A stretch of DNA of 59,721 bases from a virus (Duplodnaviria > Caudoviricetes): the IMG/VR virus record IMGVR_UViG_3300033153_014453, positions 1-59,721 of that record; one strand, given 5' to 3'. The notes beneath the pieces are model-generated. The model saw nothing but the letters and a program-made list of their open reading frames with translations, was not told the origin of the DNA and searched no databases. How positions within the stretch are numbered: position 1 is the stretch's first letter; the number at the start of each line of letters is the position of its first letter. Shown here piece by piece: positions 9,170 through 17,627 of this stretch. The position numbers were made by a program, and so were the translations under genes.

Positions 9170-9613
9170 TTATCTTATTACCTCTTTACCATTCCTAAAC
9201 ACTTTAACAATTTCAACTGGCCTAACTGCATCTACTACATAAGTCCCAGTAAAACTTTGAAAATCTTTTATTGGGTATCTTATGTTGGAACATTGGCATG
9301 TAAGTAGTTTCTTTATATGATCAGTGTAGAATTGTTCAACCTTATCAACAGGGCCAATACTTATTGGTATGTAAATATTTCCTATTATTTCTACCATTAG
9401 AATTTTAGTTATCTTACTATCTGCTAAACTCCATAACTTAGCTGGTTGGATTGCTTGTTTTTCTGTAGCATAAATAAAAGTCCCAAGGGTATTTTTAGGA
9501 GCCCTAGTTATTTTGTTTAATAAGTATCTTTTTCTGTAGTTTTTTGGATAACATTTCTTATATAGAGAATAATGTCCTGCCGAAACTACTTTATAAGCTA
9601 TTTTACCTTTCAT
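9170..9613 (-). CDS. Hypothetical protein, tandem paralogue 2
   Basis: AYKVVSAGHYS...KRYLLNKIT...GTF. Confidence 0.75.
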   Translation of the reverse strand: MKGKIAYKVVSAGHYSLYKKCYPKNYRKRYLLNKITRAPKNTLGTFIYATEKQAIQPAKLWSLADSKITKILMVEIIGNIYIPISIGPVDKVEQFYTDHIKKLLTCQCSNIRYPIKDFQSFTGTYVVDAVRPVEIVKVFRNGKEVIR

Positions 9614-9616
9614 TTT

Positions 9617-10048
9617 TTATCTTCCTTTCTTTTTTGTTTCTTTTCCATTTTCAAATACATGTAAAACTTCAATAGGTTTAATCACATCTGCCAAGTGGGT
9701 ATCCAAGCGAGAAGAAAAATCATTAACCCAAAATCTTACATATTTGATTTTATATTTTTTGTAAAATTCTTCTAAATCATCAACAAACCCAACCCTAATT
9801 GGTATGTAAATATCACCAAGCACTTCTACTCTTAGGACTTTTGTTATTGTATTTTCGGTAGACGATCTTACTTTAGCTTTATGGATTGCTTCCTTTAATG
9901 TTTTATGGATAAAAATTCCCATACTATTTTTAGGTGCTTTTGTTATTTTATTTAATAAATACCTTTTTCTATACTTTTTAGGATAAGAACAATTGCGTAT
10001 TGAATAATGGCCCTTAGATACTACCTTATAAGCTATTTTTCTTTCCAT
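9617..10048 (-). CDS. Hypothetical protein, tandem paralogue 1
   Basis: AYKVVSKGHYS...KRYLLNKIT...GIF. Confidence 0.75.
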   Translation of the reverse strand: MERKIAYKVVSKGHYSIRNCSYPKKYRKRYLLNKITKAPKNSMGIFIHKTLKEAIHKAKVRSSTENTITKVLRVEVLGDIYIPIRVGFVDDLEEFYKKYKIKYVRFWVNDFSSRLDTHLADVIKPIEVLHVFENGKETKKKGR

Positions 10049-10715
10049 TTCTTATTTTCCTTTCTTCAAAAAGTAACTCACTAAGAACAAAATTTTCTCG
10101 ACTATTTAATGGCTTTGAGTTTTTATATCTATTTAATCTTCTTTTAAGAATAAAAATTCTTAACTTTCTAAAACCTTCTTCAAAAGATTTATTAGGTAAG
10201 AAAAAGTTTTTTTGTGTCCAACATTTATTACATTCAGGACATACTAAAATGCCACTTATTTCACTTAAAGGAATCTTTTCACTTCTAGGAAAGACATTTT
10301 TTATGTAAGGTTTCTTGTAAATATAACTTTCACATATTTGACATTTATTAGCATCTCTTAGTTTTATTAATGCTTCTATGGCCCATTTAGGTTTAGCTAG
10401 GGATCTAGACGTGAAAAGATAAATACTTACTCTTCTATCACAAGCGAATCTTCCGAAGGTTTTTAGCTTGTAGATAGAAGCAAATTCCAGAGAAGTTTTA
10501 TCTTTTTCTTTTTCATATTGGATTTTGTTATAAGCTGATTTGTTTTTGGTTGAGATTATGGAAGGTTTTAATGGTTTAGGTTTTTGCTTATTTTCATTTT
10601 TAGTAAGGTTTTTAGGTTTTTTTTCTTTTTCTTTTTCTTTTAAGACTTGTTTTATAGATTTTTTAGGTTTTAGCAAGTTTAGAAGATCGTCTTGGTTGTT
10701 ATTAGTTGTGTTCAT
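10026..10715 (-). CDS. Basic protein with degenerate HNH-like Zn-binding domain
   Basis: RDANKCQIC...LVCPECN; catalytic His not evident. Confidence 0.55.
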   Translation of the reverse strand: MNTTNNNQDDLLNLLKPKKSIKQVLKEKEKEKKPKNLTKNENKQKPKPLKPSIISTKNKSAYNKIQYEKEKDKTSLEFASIYKLKTFGRFACDRRVSIYLFTSRSLAKPKWAIEALIKLRDANKCQICESYIYKKPYIKNVFPRSEKIPLSEISGILVCPECNKCWTQKNFFLPNKSFEEGFRKLRIFILKRRLNRYKNSKPLNSRENFVLSELLFEERKIRNGKKNSL

Positions 10716-10751
10716 TTTAAGGGCTCCTTTGATGAAGTAATAAATAGTTAT

Positions 10752-11144
10752 TTAATTATAAGTATAAGGCTCAATAAAGTCTTTGTAATATTCTTTTTGT
10801 ATTTCATATTCTGGCAAAGAAGTAAAAAATTCTCTTAAATAAGGAGTTAAAAGTTTAAATGTTCTATTGTCAAGTTTTAAATTTATGGGCTCAAAGAAAA
10901 AATCCCCATCTGGTAAAGGAATTACTTTTACTGAACCGAGATAAAAATCATGGAAATTTCTTAACCAAAAAGGCACATTTTTTGCTAAAGGTGAATTTAT
11001 AAAAACACCTATTTCATAAAAATGTGTTTCTGGATATGGGTTTTTTAGCTTTTCTTCTTTGAAGTTTTTTCTATTAGATATGAATCTTATCTTGAAATGG
11101 CAATTTTTTACTTCTTCTTTTGTTAAGGAAAAGAATGTTATCAT
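10752..11144 (-). CDS. Hypothetical protein
   Basis: ORF with AAAGGAG RBS. Confidence 0.65.
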   Translation of the reverse strand: MITFFSLTKEEVKNCHFKIRFISNRKNFKEEKLKNPYPETHFYEIGVFINSPLAKNVPFWLRNFHDFYLGSVKVIPLPDGDFFFEPINLKLDNRTFKLLTPYLREFFTSLPEYEIQKEYYKDFIEPYTYN

Positions 11145-11171
11145 TTTTAGGCTCCTTTCTTAATCAAGATC

Positions 11172-11684
11172 TTAATTAAGATTTGTCAAAATTATTTCCC
11201 CTGATTTTATTTTTTCTTTTGCTTCTTTATTGGTTAAGTTTAGGAAAAGGTTTCTTATTTTGGAAGTTGTTTTTGAGTAGTTATAGTAATACTTATCTAA
11301 GAATATTTTACCCTCATAAATGGCACTTATTATTTTTCCATAGTGTAACAAATAAGTAGTTTCATTTGTTGTTATTATGAAAGCATTTTTTATAGGGTTT
11401 CCTTTTTTATTATAAAGAAAAGAAATTTGCATGTTTAATCTAGGTGGAATTTCTCTTCTTATTTCAGTTGGTCCTTTTGTTGTCATTCCTACAGGCATAG
11501 TCCAATAATCAGAGCCTTCACTTGAGAATCTAATAACCACGGTTTCATTACACAAATAAACATTCATCGGAGGTTTATCTGCAAAAGGTGTAAACCATCC
11601 TACCCATTTACAGATTGGACAGTCATGTTTATAAGGTTCCAGGACTTCTATTTTACAGGTTGTTTTTTCGTTTTTATTTTTCAT
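11172..11684 (-). CDS. Hypothetical two-domain phage protein
   Basis: N-terminal HDCPIC domain; C-terminal domain with YNYSKTTSK motif. Confidence 0.65.
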   Translation of the reverse strand: MKNKNEKTTCKIEVLEPYKHDCPICKWVGWFTPFADKPPMNVYLCNETVVIRFSSEGSDYWTMPVGMTTKGPTEIRREIPPRLNMQISFLYNKKGNPIKNAFIITTNETTYLLHYGKIISAIYEGKIFLDKYYYNYSKTTSKIRNLFLNLTNKEAKEKIKSGEIILTNLN

Positions 11685-11724
11685 TCTTTTTGCTCCTTTC
11701 TTTTAGTTTTCTTTTAGTTTTCTT

Positions 11725-12186
11725 TTAGTTTATAATTTCCAAAATGGTAAATTCTTCACAAATGCCTATATCTAATTTACATTTAGGACCAAAAATGATC
11801 TCTGCTTGGCATAGACGATAAATGCAGTTTTTGTATTTTATTTTAGTAATCACTCTTTCTTTGCTTAGCTTTGGAAAAAGTTCATTCCATCTTTTAAATG
11901 CTTTCCAAGTATCGGAAAGATTAAAGAAAAAAGACAATCCTTGGTCTTGAGGCGGGTAATAATCGTATAAATCATCAACAGTTTCTAGATTTAGAATTTT
12001 TGCTCTATGTTCTTTATCAAAGGTTATTTTTATATTTTTGTAACCTAATTGGCATTTACGTTTGTTGGTTACTTTATTTATTCTTAAATCAACCGAAAGT
12101 AAGGGTCTTATATTTAGCGTGGAGAAAATCTTATAGCCATATCCTGATTTTTTGTACGGATTTTTTAGAGAGCCTTTTATTTCCAT
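11725..12186 (-). CDS. Hypothetical protein (GYK...GLSFF pattern)
   Basis: ORF with RBS; loosely resembles the 8602-10048 family. Confidence 0.6.
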   Translation of the reverse strand: MEIKGSLKNPYKKSGYGYKIFSTLNIRPLLSVDLRINKVTNKRKCQLGYKNIKITFDKEHRAKILNLETVDDLYDYYPPQDQGLSFFFNLSDTWKAFKRWNELFPKLSKERVITKIKYKNCIYRLCQAEIIFGPKCKLDIGICEEFTILEIIN

Positions 12187-12220
12187 TTTTTCTTTGGCTC
12201 CTTTCTTTTTATTTTTAATT

Positions 12221-12880
12221 TTATTTTTCTATAATTTCACGCCTAATAGGCATAACAAATCCTATTGTTCCATAACTGCCATGAAATACTTCAATCATAG
12301 CATTAGGATCTTTTTCTTGTTGTAAAAAAGAGACATTTTTTCTAGTCAGTTTTTTAAATAAATAATAAAATAACTGGAAGTATTTTTCCTGAAGATAAGT
12401 TTTCTGTAAAATGGAAGATTGCAGGATTCTAAGCGGACGATATTCTTGACTTGGATTATCTAAATCAGGTTCTTGATATAAGCAAGAAGTAACAACAAGG
12501 GTTTTTCTCTTTGAGTGCATTATTTTCCAGTTCAAAATTGTATTATCATTTACTTTAGGTATGAATTTGCATTCATAGTGCCTTTCTGGTAATTGTTTCC
12601 ATGAAAAAACGGTATTTCTAAAAAATGGTTTCAAAGCAAAATTAAAATCAGGATTATCGTTTTTGTTTTCTAGAACTTTAATTAGATTTTTTCTTACATT
12701 GTAGTTATTCCTTCTATCAGTAGAATCAATGGAAAGTATTTTGTTTTTTATTGCTTCTTTTATGATCCATCTTTTGATTATAAACTTTTTATCTGAAACC
12801 CATTCAGAGTAAATAAAAAGTTCATCTTCATACGTAATTTTCATCCTAAGATGATTTTTTCTTGTTTTCGTAATTTCCAT
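12221..12880 (-). CDS. Hypothetical protein ending GFVMPIR
   Basis: ORF with RBS. Confidence 0.65.
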   Translation of the reverse strand: MEITKTRKNHLRMKITYEDELFIYSEWVSDKKFIIKRWIIKEAIKNKILSIDSTDRRNNYNVRKNLIKVLENKNDNPDFNFALKPFFRNTVFSWKQLPERHYECKFIPKVNDNTILNWKIMHSKRKTLVVTSCLYQEPDLDNPSQEYRPLRILQSSILQKTYLQEKYFQLFYYLFKKLTRKNVSFLQQEKDPNAMIEVFHGSYGTIGFVMPIRREIIEK

Positions 12881-12922
12881 TTTTTGGCTCCTTTCTTTTT
12901 TTCTTTTGGTTTTTAAAAATAC

Positions 12923-13291
12923 TTAACTTGTAATGTGCATAAGAATTTCTTTTTTTATTTTTTCTATTTCCTTTTTTGTAGTGCTTAAGGGTCCGTTTCC
13001 AGCAGAAAGAAAATTTTCTAAATAATCTTTTGCACAATTATGCTCTCCTAAGATGGAGCAGTCAAAAATTATTTCCAATGCTTCACACATTTGATCAAGG
13101 CCAATGCATTTATATACTAATTCCCGTGATGAAACGATCTTTTCTAAGAGTGTAATTTCATCTTCTGATAGGTCTCTTATGTCACATTTTACGACAATTC
13201 CTCTATTTTTAAGGTCTTTCAAAAACAGTAAAGGTTCTGCAATAGGATCATTTTTTGCGTCTTTTTGGTAAATGAAATTTACTTTTTTCAT
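12923..13291 (-). CDS. Hypothetical protein
   Basis: ORF with RBS. Confidence 0.6.
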   Translation of the reverse strand: MKKVNFIYQKDAKNDPIAEPLLFLKDLKNRGIVVKCDIRDLSEDEITLLEKIVSSRELVYKCIGLDQMCEALEIIFDCSILGEHNCAKDYLENFLSAGNGPLSTTKKEIEKIKKEILMHITS

Positions 13292-13325
13292 GGATTTATT
13301 CCTTTCTTTTCTTATAAAGTAAAGT

Positions 13326-13649
13326 TTAAAAACTTTTTTCTATCCACCAACAAAAGAACTCTTCTAAATAATTTCTCAAATCATATTTATAATTTAAGTA
13401 TTGTGAATACTTTCCGTGAAAGTGTAATTTAAAATCTAAAGGTTTCTTCTTTGGAATTATAAGAGAAAAATCTGCATAGCCTTCATAAAAACCATACTCG
13501 TCTATGCAGTGGAAGCTATTTTCGCATTTAAAATATTTCCCCTTGTCAGTAATTTCCCAATTACAATCAATGCCACTCCCATGAGGAATGTCAGTAAAAA
13601 GTTTCTTATCCTTTTCTTTTACATTGTGAAAATTTAAGTAATTACTCAT
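13326..13649 (-). CDS. Hypothetical phage protein (PHGSGID motif)
   Basis: ORF overlapping the upstream stop, with RBS. Confidence 0.7.
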   Translation of the reverse strand: MSNYLNFHNVKEKDKKLFTDIPHGSGIDCNWEITDKGKYFKCENSFHCIDEYGFYEGYADFSLIIPKKKPLDFKLHFHGKYSQYLNYKYDLRNYLEEFFCWWIEKSF

Positions 13650-13957
13650 TTTTCTTTACTCCTTTCTGATTTTTTCTTAGCTTGGGTTTTTTCCATTTTT
13701 ATGGTTTGCAGGTAAGAAAAATTTTCCTGTATGCCCAAAATGCCATTTTTATCAAAAATTACTATATTACCACGACTTCTATCATAAATAGTATATCTTA
13801 CATGTCCACCGAATTCATATTCACCAATAGGAACCCATAAATGAGGTTCTTTTGCTTTTTTCCATTCTTCATAGGTCATTTTTATTGCTTCCAGGCCATA
13901 AATATGCTCATGGCCTGGAAAAAGCATTTCTAGTTTATAACTTAAAGATTCGTCCAT
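13646..13957 (-). CDS. Hypothetical protein B', paralogue of 14615-14938
   Basis: HEH...EW..K.P.LWV...YT.YD..SRG. Confidence 0.7.
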   Translation of the reverse strand: MDESLSYKLEMLFPGHEHIYGLEAIKMTYEEWKKAKEPHLWVPIGEYEFGGHVRYTIYDRSRGNIVIFDKNGILGIQENFSYLQTIKMEKTQAKKKSERSKEK

Positions 13958-13975
13958 TTTTATTTCCTTTCTAAA

Positions 13976-14024
13976 GTAAAAAACCTCTTAGCAGTTTTTA
14001 GAAAAATTAACTGCTAAGAGGTTT
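13976..14024 (-). terminator. Intrinsic terminator
   Basis: Perfect 16-bp stem 13981-13996/14009-14024 ending in a U-run on the - strand. Confidence 0.75.
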
Positions 14025-14068
14025 AAGGGTAAGATTAAATTTTTATACATTAAGAAAAATAAGAAAAA

Positions 14069-14377
14069 CTAGATCTCAATCGTGTAGGATTCCGGAACTT
14101 GAATGTTCCGCCACTCGTTGAGTTTTTGTTTTAACGCTTTTACTTCATTCTCCGCCCAAGCAATAGCTTCTTGCGGACGGTTAAACAGAGGCGATGTTAT
14201 GCAATCGTATCTCCTATTATTGTATCCAAGTCTAAAACTCGGATCTGAAGGCGGGATGGTTTCACCTAGAATGCGTGGAAAAATAAATGCGTCTGGATAA
14301 TCGCCTTGGTCAACAACAGTAATTTTGGCCATGATTTGGCCGGTGGCTTTCTTTTCAAATTCTATTTTCAATTTCAT
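14069..14377 (-). CDS. Hypothetical protein A', paralogue of 14956-15228
   Basis: EA.AWA...VPE.YTI; RBS favours ATG at 14377. Confidence 0.7.
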   Translation of the reverse strand: MKLKIEFEKKATGQIMAKITVVDQGDYPDAFIFPRILGETIPPSDPSFRLGYNNRRYDCITSPLFNRPQEAIAWAENEVKALKQKLNEWRNIQVPESYTIEI

Positions 14378-14403
14378 CTTTTGTTCTCCTTTCTTTCTTA
14401 AGG

Positions 14404-14595
14404 TTAAAATGTCCAAACCCGGCCGATGGGATTGTGTGATACTGGGATGCAGTTAATCTGAGAAGTAATACGTTTGTTGTCGATTTTTTCAATCAAATCG
14501 TTTTCCCTTTGCTTGGAAGCAACATATTTACTCCCAGCAAAGTTCATTCTGATTGTTTTGAAGCTAGTTTTTGGTTTGCGCCCGAATGTTTTCAT
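14404..14595 (-). CDS. Small basic protein
   Basis: AAAGGAG RBS before ATG at 14595. Confidence 0.6.
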   Translation of the reverse strand: MKTFGRKPKTSFKTIRMNFAGSKYVASKQRENDLIEKIDNKRITSQINCIPVSHNPIGRVWTF

Positions 14596-14614
14596 TTTCT
14601 TTGCTCCTTTCATT

Positions 14615-14938
14615 TTAAGGTTTTTCTGGTAGGATAAACAATTTTGGTTGTGCTCTAGTGTAACACGGTCCTAGTCCTACTATAGTTGCTGTCTCATTTG
14701 AGACAAAATCTTTACCTATGTTAACTATTTTGTTGTCCCTAATAAGCAAAAGGTATCCCCTGCTTAAATCGTCATATAATGTATATTCTTTGTACTTTTC
14801 TGTTTCCACCCACAAGTAGGGCCTTTTTTGCTTCTCCCACTCTTGGGGAGGCATTGAAATGGTGGTCCCTTCAAAAAAAAGATGCTCATGTTCTTTGCCG
14901 AAATGTTTTTCCAATTCTCTTATAATTTCGTTTTGCAT
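14615..14938 (-). CDS. Hypothetical protein B
   Basis: Paralogue of 13646-13957. Confidence 0.7.
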   Translation of the reverse strand: MQNEIIRELEKHFGKEHEHLFFEGTTISMPPQEWEKQKRPYLWVETEKYKEYTLYDDLSRGYLLLIRDNKIVNIGKDFVSNETATIVGLGPCYTRAQPKLFILPEKP

Positions 14939-14955
14939 TTTTTACTCCTTTCTTT

Positions 14956-15228
14956 TTAAAGATTAATTGTATAATCCTCTGGAACCTTCGGCGATCTCGA
15001 TTCAATCGCCCGTTTGATCTCATTTATTCTTTCTTTCGCCCATGCTTCCGCTTCTTCAGAGGTTAAAAAAAATCCTGAATTTATGTAATACTTTTTATTA
15101 TGTTTCGTTAATTCGTTAATCCCATTTTTTCGCCAACCTAACCTTTTCAGCCAAACGGCTGTCTCATCAGTTGCAAGTTTACAATAAAGTTTTCTTCCGC
15201 ATGACCTAAATGTTACGTGAATTTTCAT
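14956..15228 (-). CDS. Hypothetical protein A
   Basis: Paralogue of 14069-14377. Confidence 0.7.
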   Translation of the reverse strand: MKIHVTFRSCGRKLYCKLATDETAVWLKRLGWRKNGINELTKHNKKYYINSGFFLTSEEAEAWAKERINEIKRAIESRSPKVPEDYTINL

Positions 15229-15272
15229 TTTCTTTGCTCCCTTCTTTTTAAGATTAACAAATAATCCCTCAT

Positions 15273-15305
15273 TCCTACTAGCAAACGAAATGCTTGCTAG
15301 TAGGA
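15273..15305 (-). other. Intergenic hairpin without U-tract (possible processing or stability site)
   Basis: 12-bp stem TCCTACTAGCAA/TTGCTAGTAGGA. Confidence 0.6.
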
Positions 15306-15312
15306 TGAAAGA

Positions 15313-15588
15313 TTATTCTTTTTTCTTAGCTTGTTTGAAGGCTATGGAAATAGTAACTTCCACGCCTTCGATGATTTCACTCTTTGAAAAACTTTTCCCT
15401 CGCTCATTGATAGATTCAATAAGCGGGGAAATTTTATTTTCTTCCTGATTAAACTTCTCCCATGCAGCAGAGAGAATCTCTTCCGCTGCATGAGCGCTTT
15501 TCTCCAGGATGGTTTTTTTCTCATCCTGGAGAAGTTTTAACAATTCCAACTTTTCTTTTGCTGAAAGTTTTTCTAAGTTAATTCCCAT
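15313..15588 (-). CDS. Hypothetical protein
   Basis: Strong RBS; first gene after the promoter at 15736-15764. Confidence 0.7.
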   Translation of the reverse strand: MGINLEKLSAKEKLELLKLLQDEKKTILEKSAHAAEEILSAAWEKFNQEENKISPLIESINERGKSFSKSEIIEGVEVTISIAFKQAKKKE

Positions 15589-15617
15589 TTTTTGCTCCTT
15601 TCTTTCTTGAGGTTAAT

Positions 15618-15668
15618 AAAAACAAAAAGGCCCTTAGCAGTTATTAACTAATAACTACTAAGAACCTT
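15618..15668 (-). terminator. Intrinsic terminator in an early leader
   Basis: 19-bp stem with G-U pairs on the - strand, followed by a U-rich tract. Confidence 0.7.
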
Positions 15669-15735
15669 ACCTTGTTGCTTATTTGATGAATTAAATTTAA
15701 AATACATTCGACTTCTCTTTTCTGGATTTTTCTGT

Positions 15736-15764
15736 ATCTTATCTTTTCTTTTTCCAAAAGTCAA
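15736..15764 (-). promoter_or_regulatory. sigma70-like promoter
   Basis: TTGACT-17 bp-TAAGAT. Confidence 0.7.
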
Positions 15765-15793
15765 GCATTTTTTCAGTTTTTTCTTAGATTCCG

Positions 15794-16261
15794 GGAAAAA
15801 ACTGAGCAATTTTTTGTTCGAGGATTCTTAATGATTTCAAGAGGTTACTGACCTAAAGTGTAAAAGTGTGCTTTTTAAGGACTAATAGGGGGTTTATGGC
15901 AAAGGGAGTGAGGTAGGGTATGGAAGACTTAGGTATGATTGGGAAGGCTTAAGAAGGAACATAATGGGCTATAAAGGATTAGGAAGGCTCCCTAAGAGTG
16001 GAACAAAGCGGCAATAGTGGAATATGAGTAGTAAGTGTACTAATACATACTATATATATATTATTATTATTATTTATTAGTATATATTAGTATTTATTAG
16101 TATTCTTACCCTTTCCTCCCTTTAACCCAATCTTCCTAAGTTTAACTAACCCTTCCTAACCCATGACCCTTCTAGTCCTTAAAAAGCAAGGTTTCGCATT
16201 TTACCTCGATAACCTATTGATTTCACTCATGATCCAGGTTTACAAAAATGCTCACTTTTCC
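15794..16261. other. Putative replication origin: long degenerate inverted repeat around an AT-rich core
   Basis: Arms 15794-15943 and 16126-16261; perfect 16-bp core 15869-15884/16173-16188; IHF-like sites; three 10-bp repeats at 16071-16100. Confidence 0.6.
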
Positions 16262-16394
16262 AGCGATAGAAAAAAGAAAGAATTCTAAGATTTAGAGCAA
16301 AGTAAAGGAAAGAAAAAATTAAAGAAAAGAAAAATAAGCAAGGAAAATAAGAAAAAAGAAAAATAAGAAAAAGAAAAATTAAGAATAAAGGAAT

Positions 16395-16428
16395 AAAAAA
16401 TCTCCCAGGTAAAAATAACCTGGGAGAT
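16395..16428 (-). terminator. Intrinsic terminator of the 16447-17048 cassette
   Basis: 11-bp stem ATCTCCCAGGT/ACCTGGGAGAT plus U-tract. Confidence 0.8.
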
Positions 16429-16446
16429 AAGAAAAGAGAAAAATTA

Positions 16447-16692
16447 CTAGATCCGAAGTTTCTTTCTAGCCCATGCGTGGGCTAGACTTATAATATCTCC
16501 CTCCGTGCCAGTGTCGGCATCGAAGGGATCCAATTCTTGGCACCACTCTACGTCACCGGCCTCTATATGTCGGATGACAGAGCGACCAAATTGAATCAGA
16601 TCAGCGGCGGCCATAGTCAAACCGCCATCCGAGGCCACCCAATTCTCCTGGACGGCCTCAATAATTTCTTTAATTTCTTTGATCTCTTCCAT
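16447..16692 (-). CDS. Small acidic protein
   Basis: AAAGGAG RBS; GC-richer than the genome. Confidence 0.7.
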   Translation of the reverse strand: MEEIKEIKEIIEAVQENWVASDGGLTMAAADLIQFGRSVIRHIEAGDVEWCQELDPFDADTGTEGDIISLAHAWARKKLRI

Positions 16693-16730
16693 AATTTACA
16701 CTCCTTTCTATTTTTTCTATGATTAATAAA

Positions 16731-17048
16731 CTACAGGACCGCACACTCCATGAACGCATGATCCTGCGTTTGAGAGACTATTTTAAAACCCGCTCGTTTG
16801 TATACAGCAATACGGGTTTTTCCTCGTCCATCCGCAAGCGTCGGCTCACAATAGAGCTTTTTAATCCCTGCTTGACGAGCCGAAGCTAAAATAATGCCCC
16901 ATGCTAGACGTAGGGCATTTAGGTTTCCATGACCTTTCCCGGATACGCTAGTCAAACCATCCTCGCCTCGGCGGGACAATTCGACCTCTCCATCGGCGCC
17001 AAGGTACGCTTCAATTGAGCCGATGAAATATCTCCGAGGTTTGGTCAT
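16731..17048 (-). CDS. Putative GNAT-fold acetyltransferase
   Basis: GKGHG, ARQAGIKKLYCE and AVYKRAGF resemble GNAT motifs A/B. Confidence 0.55.
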   Translation of the reverse strand: MTKPRRYFIGSIEAYLGADGEVELSRRGEDGLTSVSGKGHGNLNALRLAWGIILASARQAGIKKLYCEPTLADGRGKTRIAVYKRAGFKIVSQTQDHAFMECAVL

Positions 17049-17080
17049 GATTTTCCTTCTTTCTATTCTTATTTTCTCTC

Positions 17081-17109
17081 ATAATCTCATATCTTCCCTT
17101 GAATGTCAA
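17081..17109 (-). promoter_or_regulatory. sigma70-like promoter of the GNAT cassette
   Basis: TTGACA-17 bp-GATTAT with extended TG. Confidence 0.7.
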
Positions 17110-17500
17110 GAAAAAAATCCTCTTTTCTAAACTTTTCTATTTGTTTTTTCCGCCTATTACTTTTTCACTTCTCTTTTTTCTCCCAGGAGTATTTTTCACT
17201 CTTGTCTTCTTTTGCTTAGCTTCTACTTCCTGGCTCTTTTTCTAAAAAGCATGCTTCTAAAAATAAGCATTCTTTTTTTCTTTCCTTGGCCTTCCGATCA
17301 ACCGGATTTTTGAAAGCGGACGCACAAACCCGGGAAGTGTACCCAAATATAAATTTTATAAAATTTTAATTTTTTAATTTTATAAAATTAAATTTTTATT
17401 TTTTCTATAATTTTTTCTAGAAATTAAAAGTGGAAATTAGGGAAAAAGAAGAAAAAAAGGAAAAAAGGAAAAACCTTCCATTTAGCACGCTTAAAATACC

Positions 17501-17551
17501 AACTTCCACTAAAGGTAATAACTTTCACTAAAACTAACAACTTCCACTAAA
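17501..17551 (+). repeat. Three direct repeats AACTT(C/T)CACTAAA with 19-bp period
   Basis: Copies at 17501, 17520 and 17539. Confidence 0.85.
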
Positions 17552-17598
17552 ATACCTAAAAACCTAGAAAACTTCTCACACAAGTTACCATAAAAAAC

Positions 17599-17627
17599 TT
17601 GACAAACCCATAAAAAGCATTCATAAT
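17599..17627 (+). promoter_or_regulatory. sigma70-like promoter of the morphogenesis operon
   Basis: TTGACA-17 bp-CATAAT, overlapped by inverted repeat AAACCCAT/ATGGGTTT. Confidence 0.75.

Noticed and set aside
15794-16261. Invertible segment or protelomerase site
   Set aside because: The arms are too degenerate, and no recombinase or telomere resolvase was recognised
17501-17551. Mini-CRISPR array
   Set aside because: 13-bp repeats with 6-bp spacers are far too short
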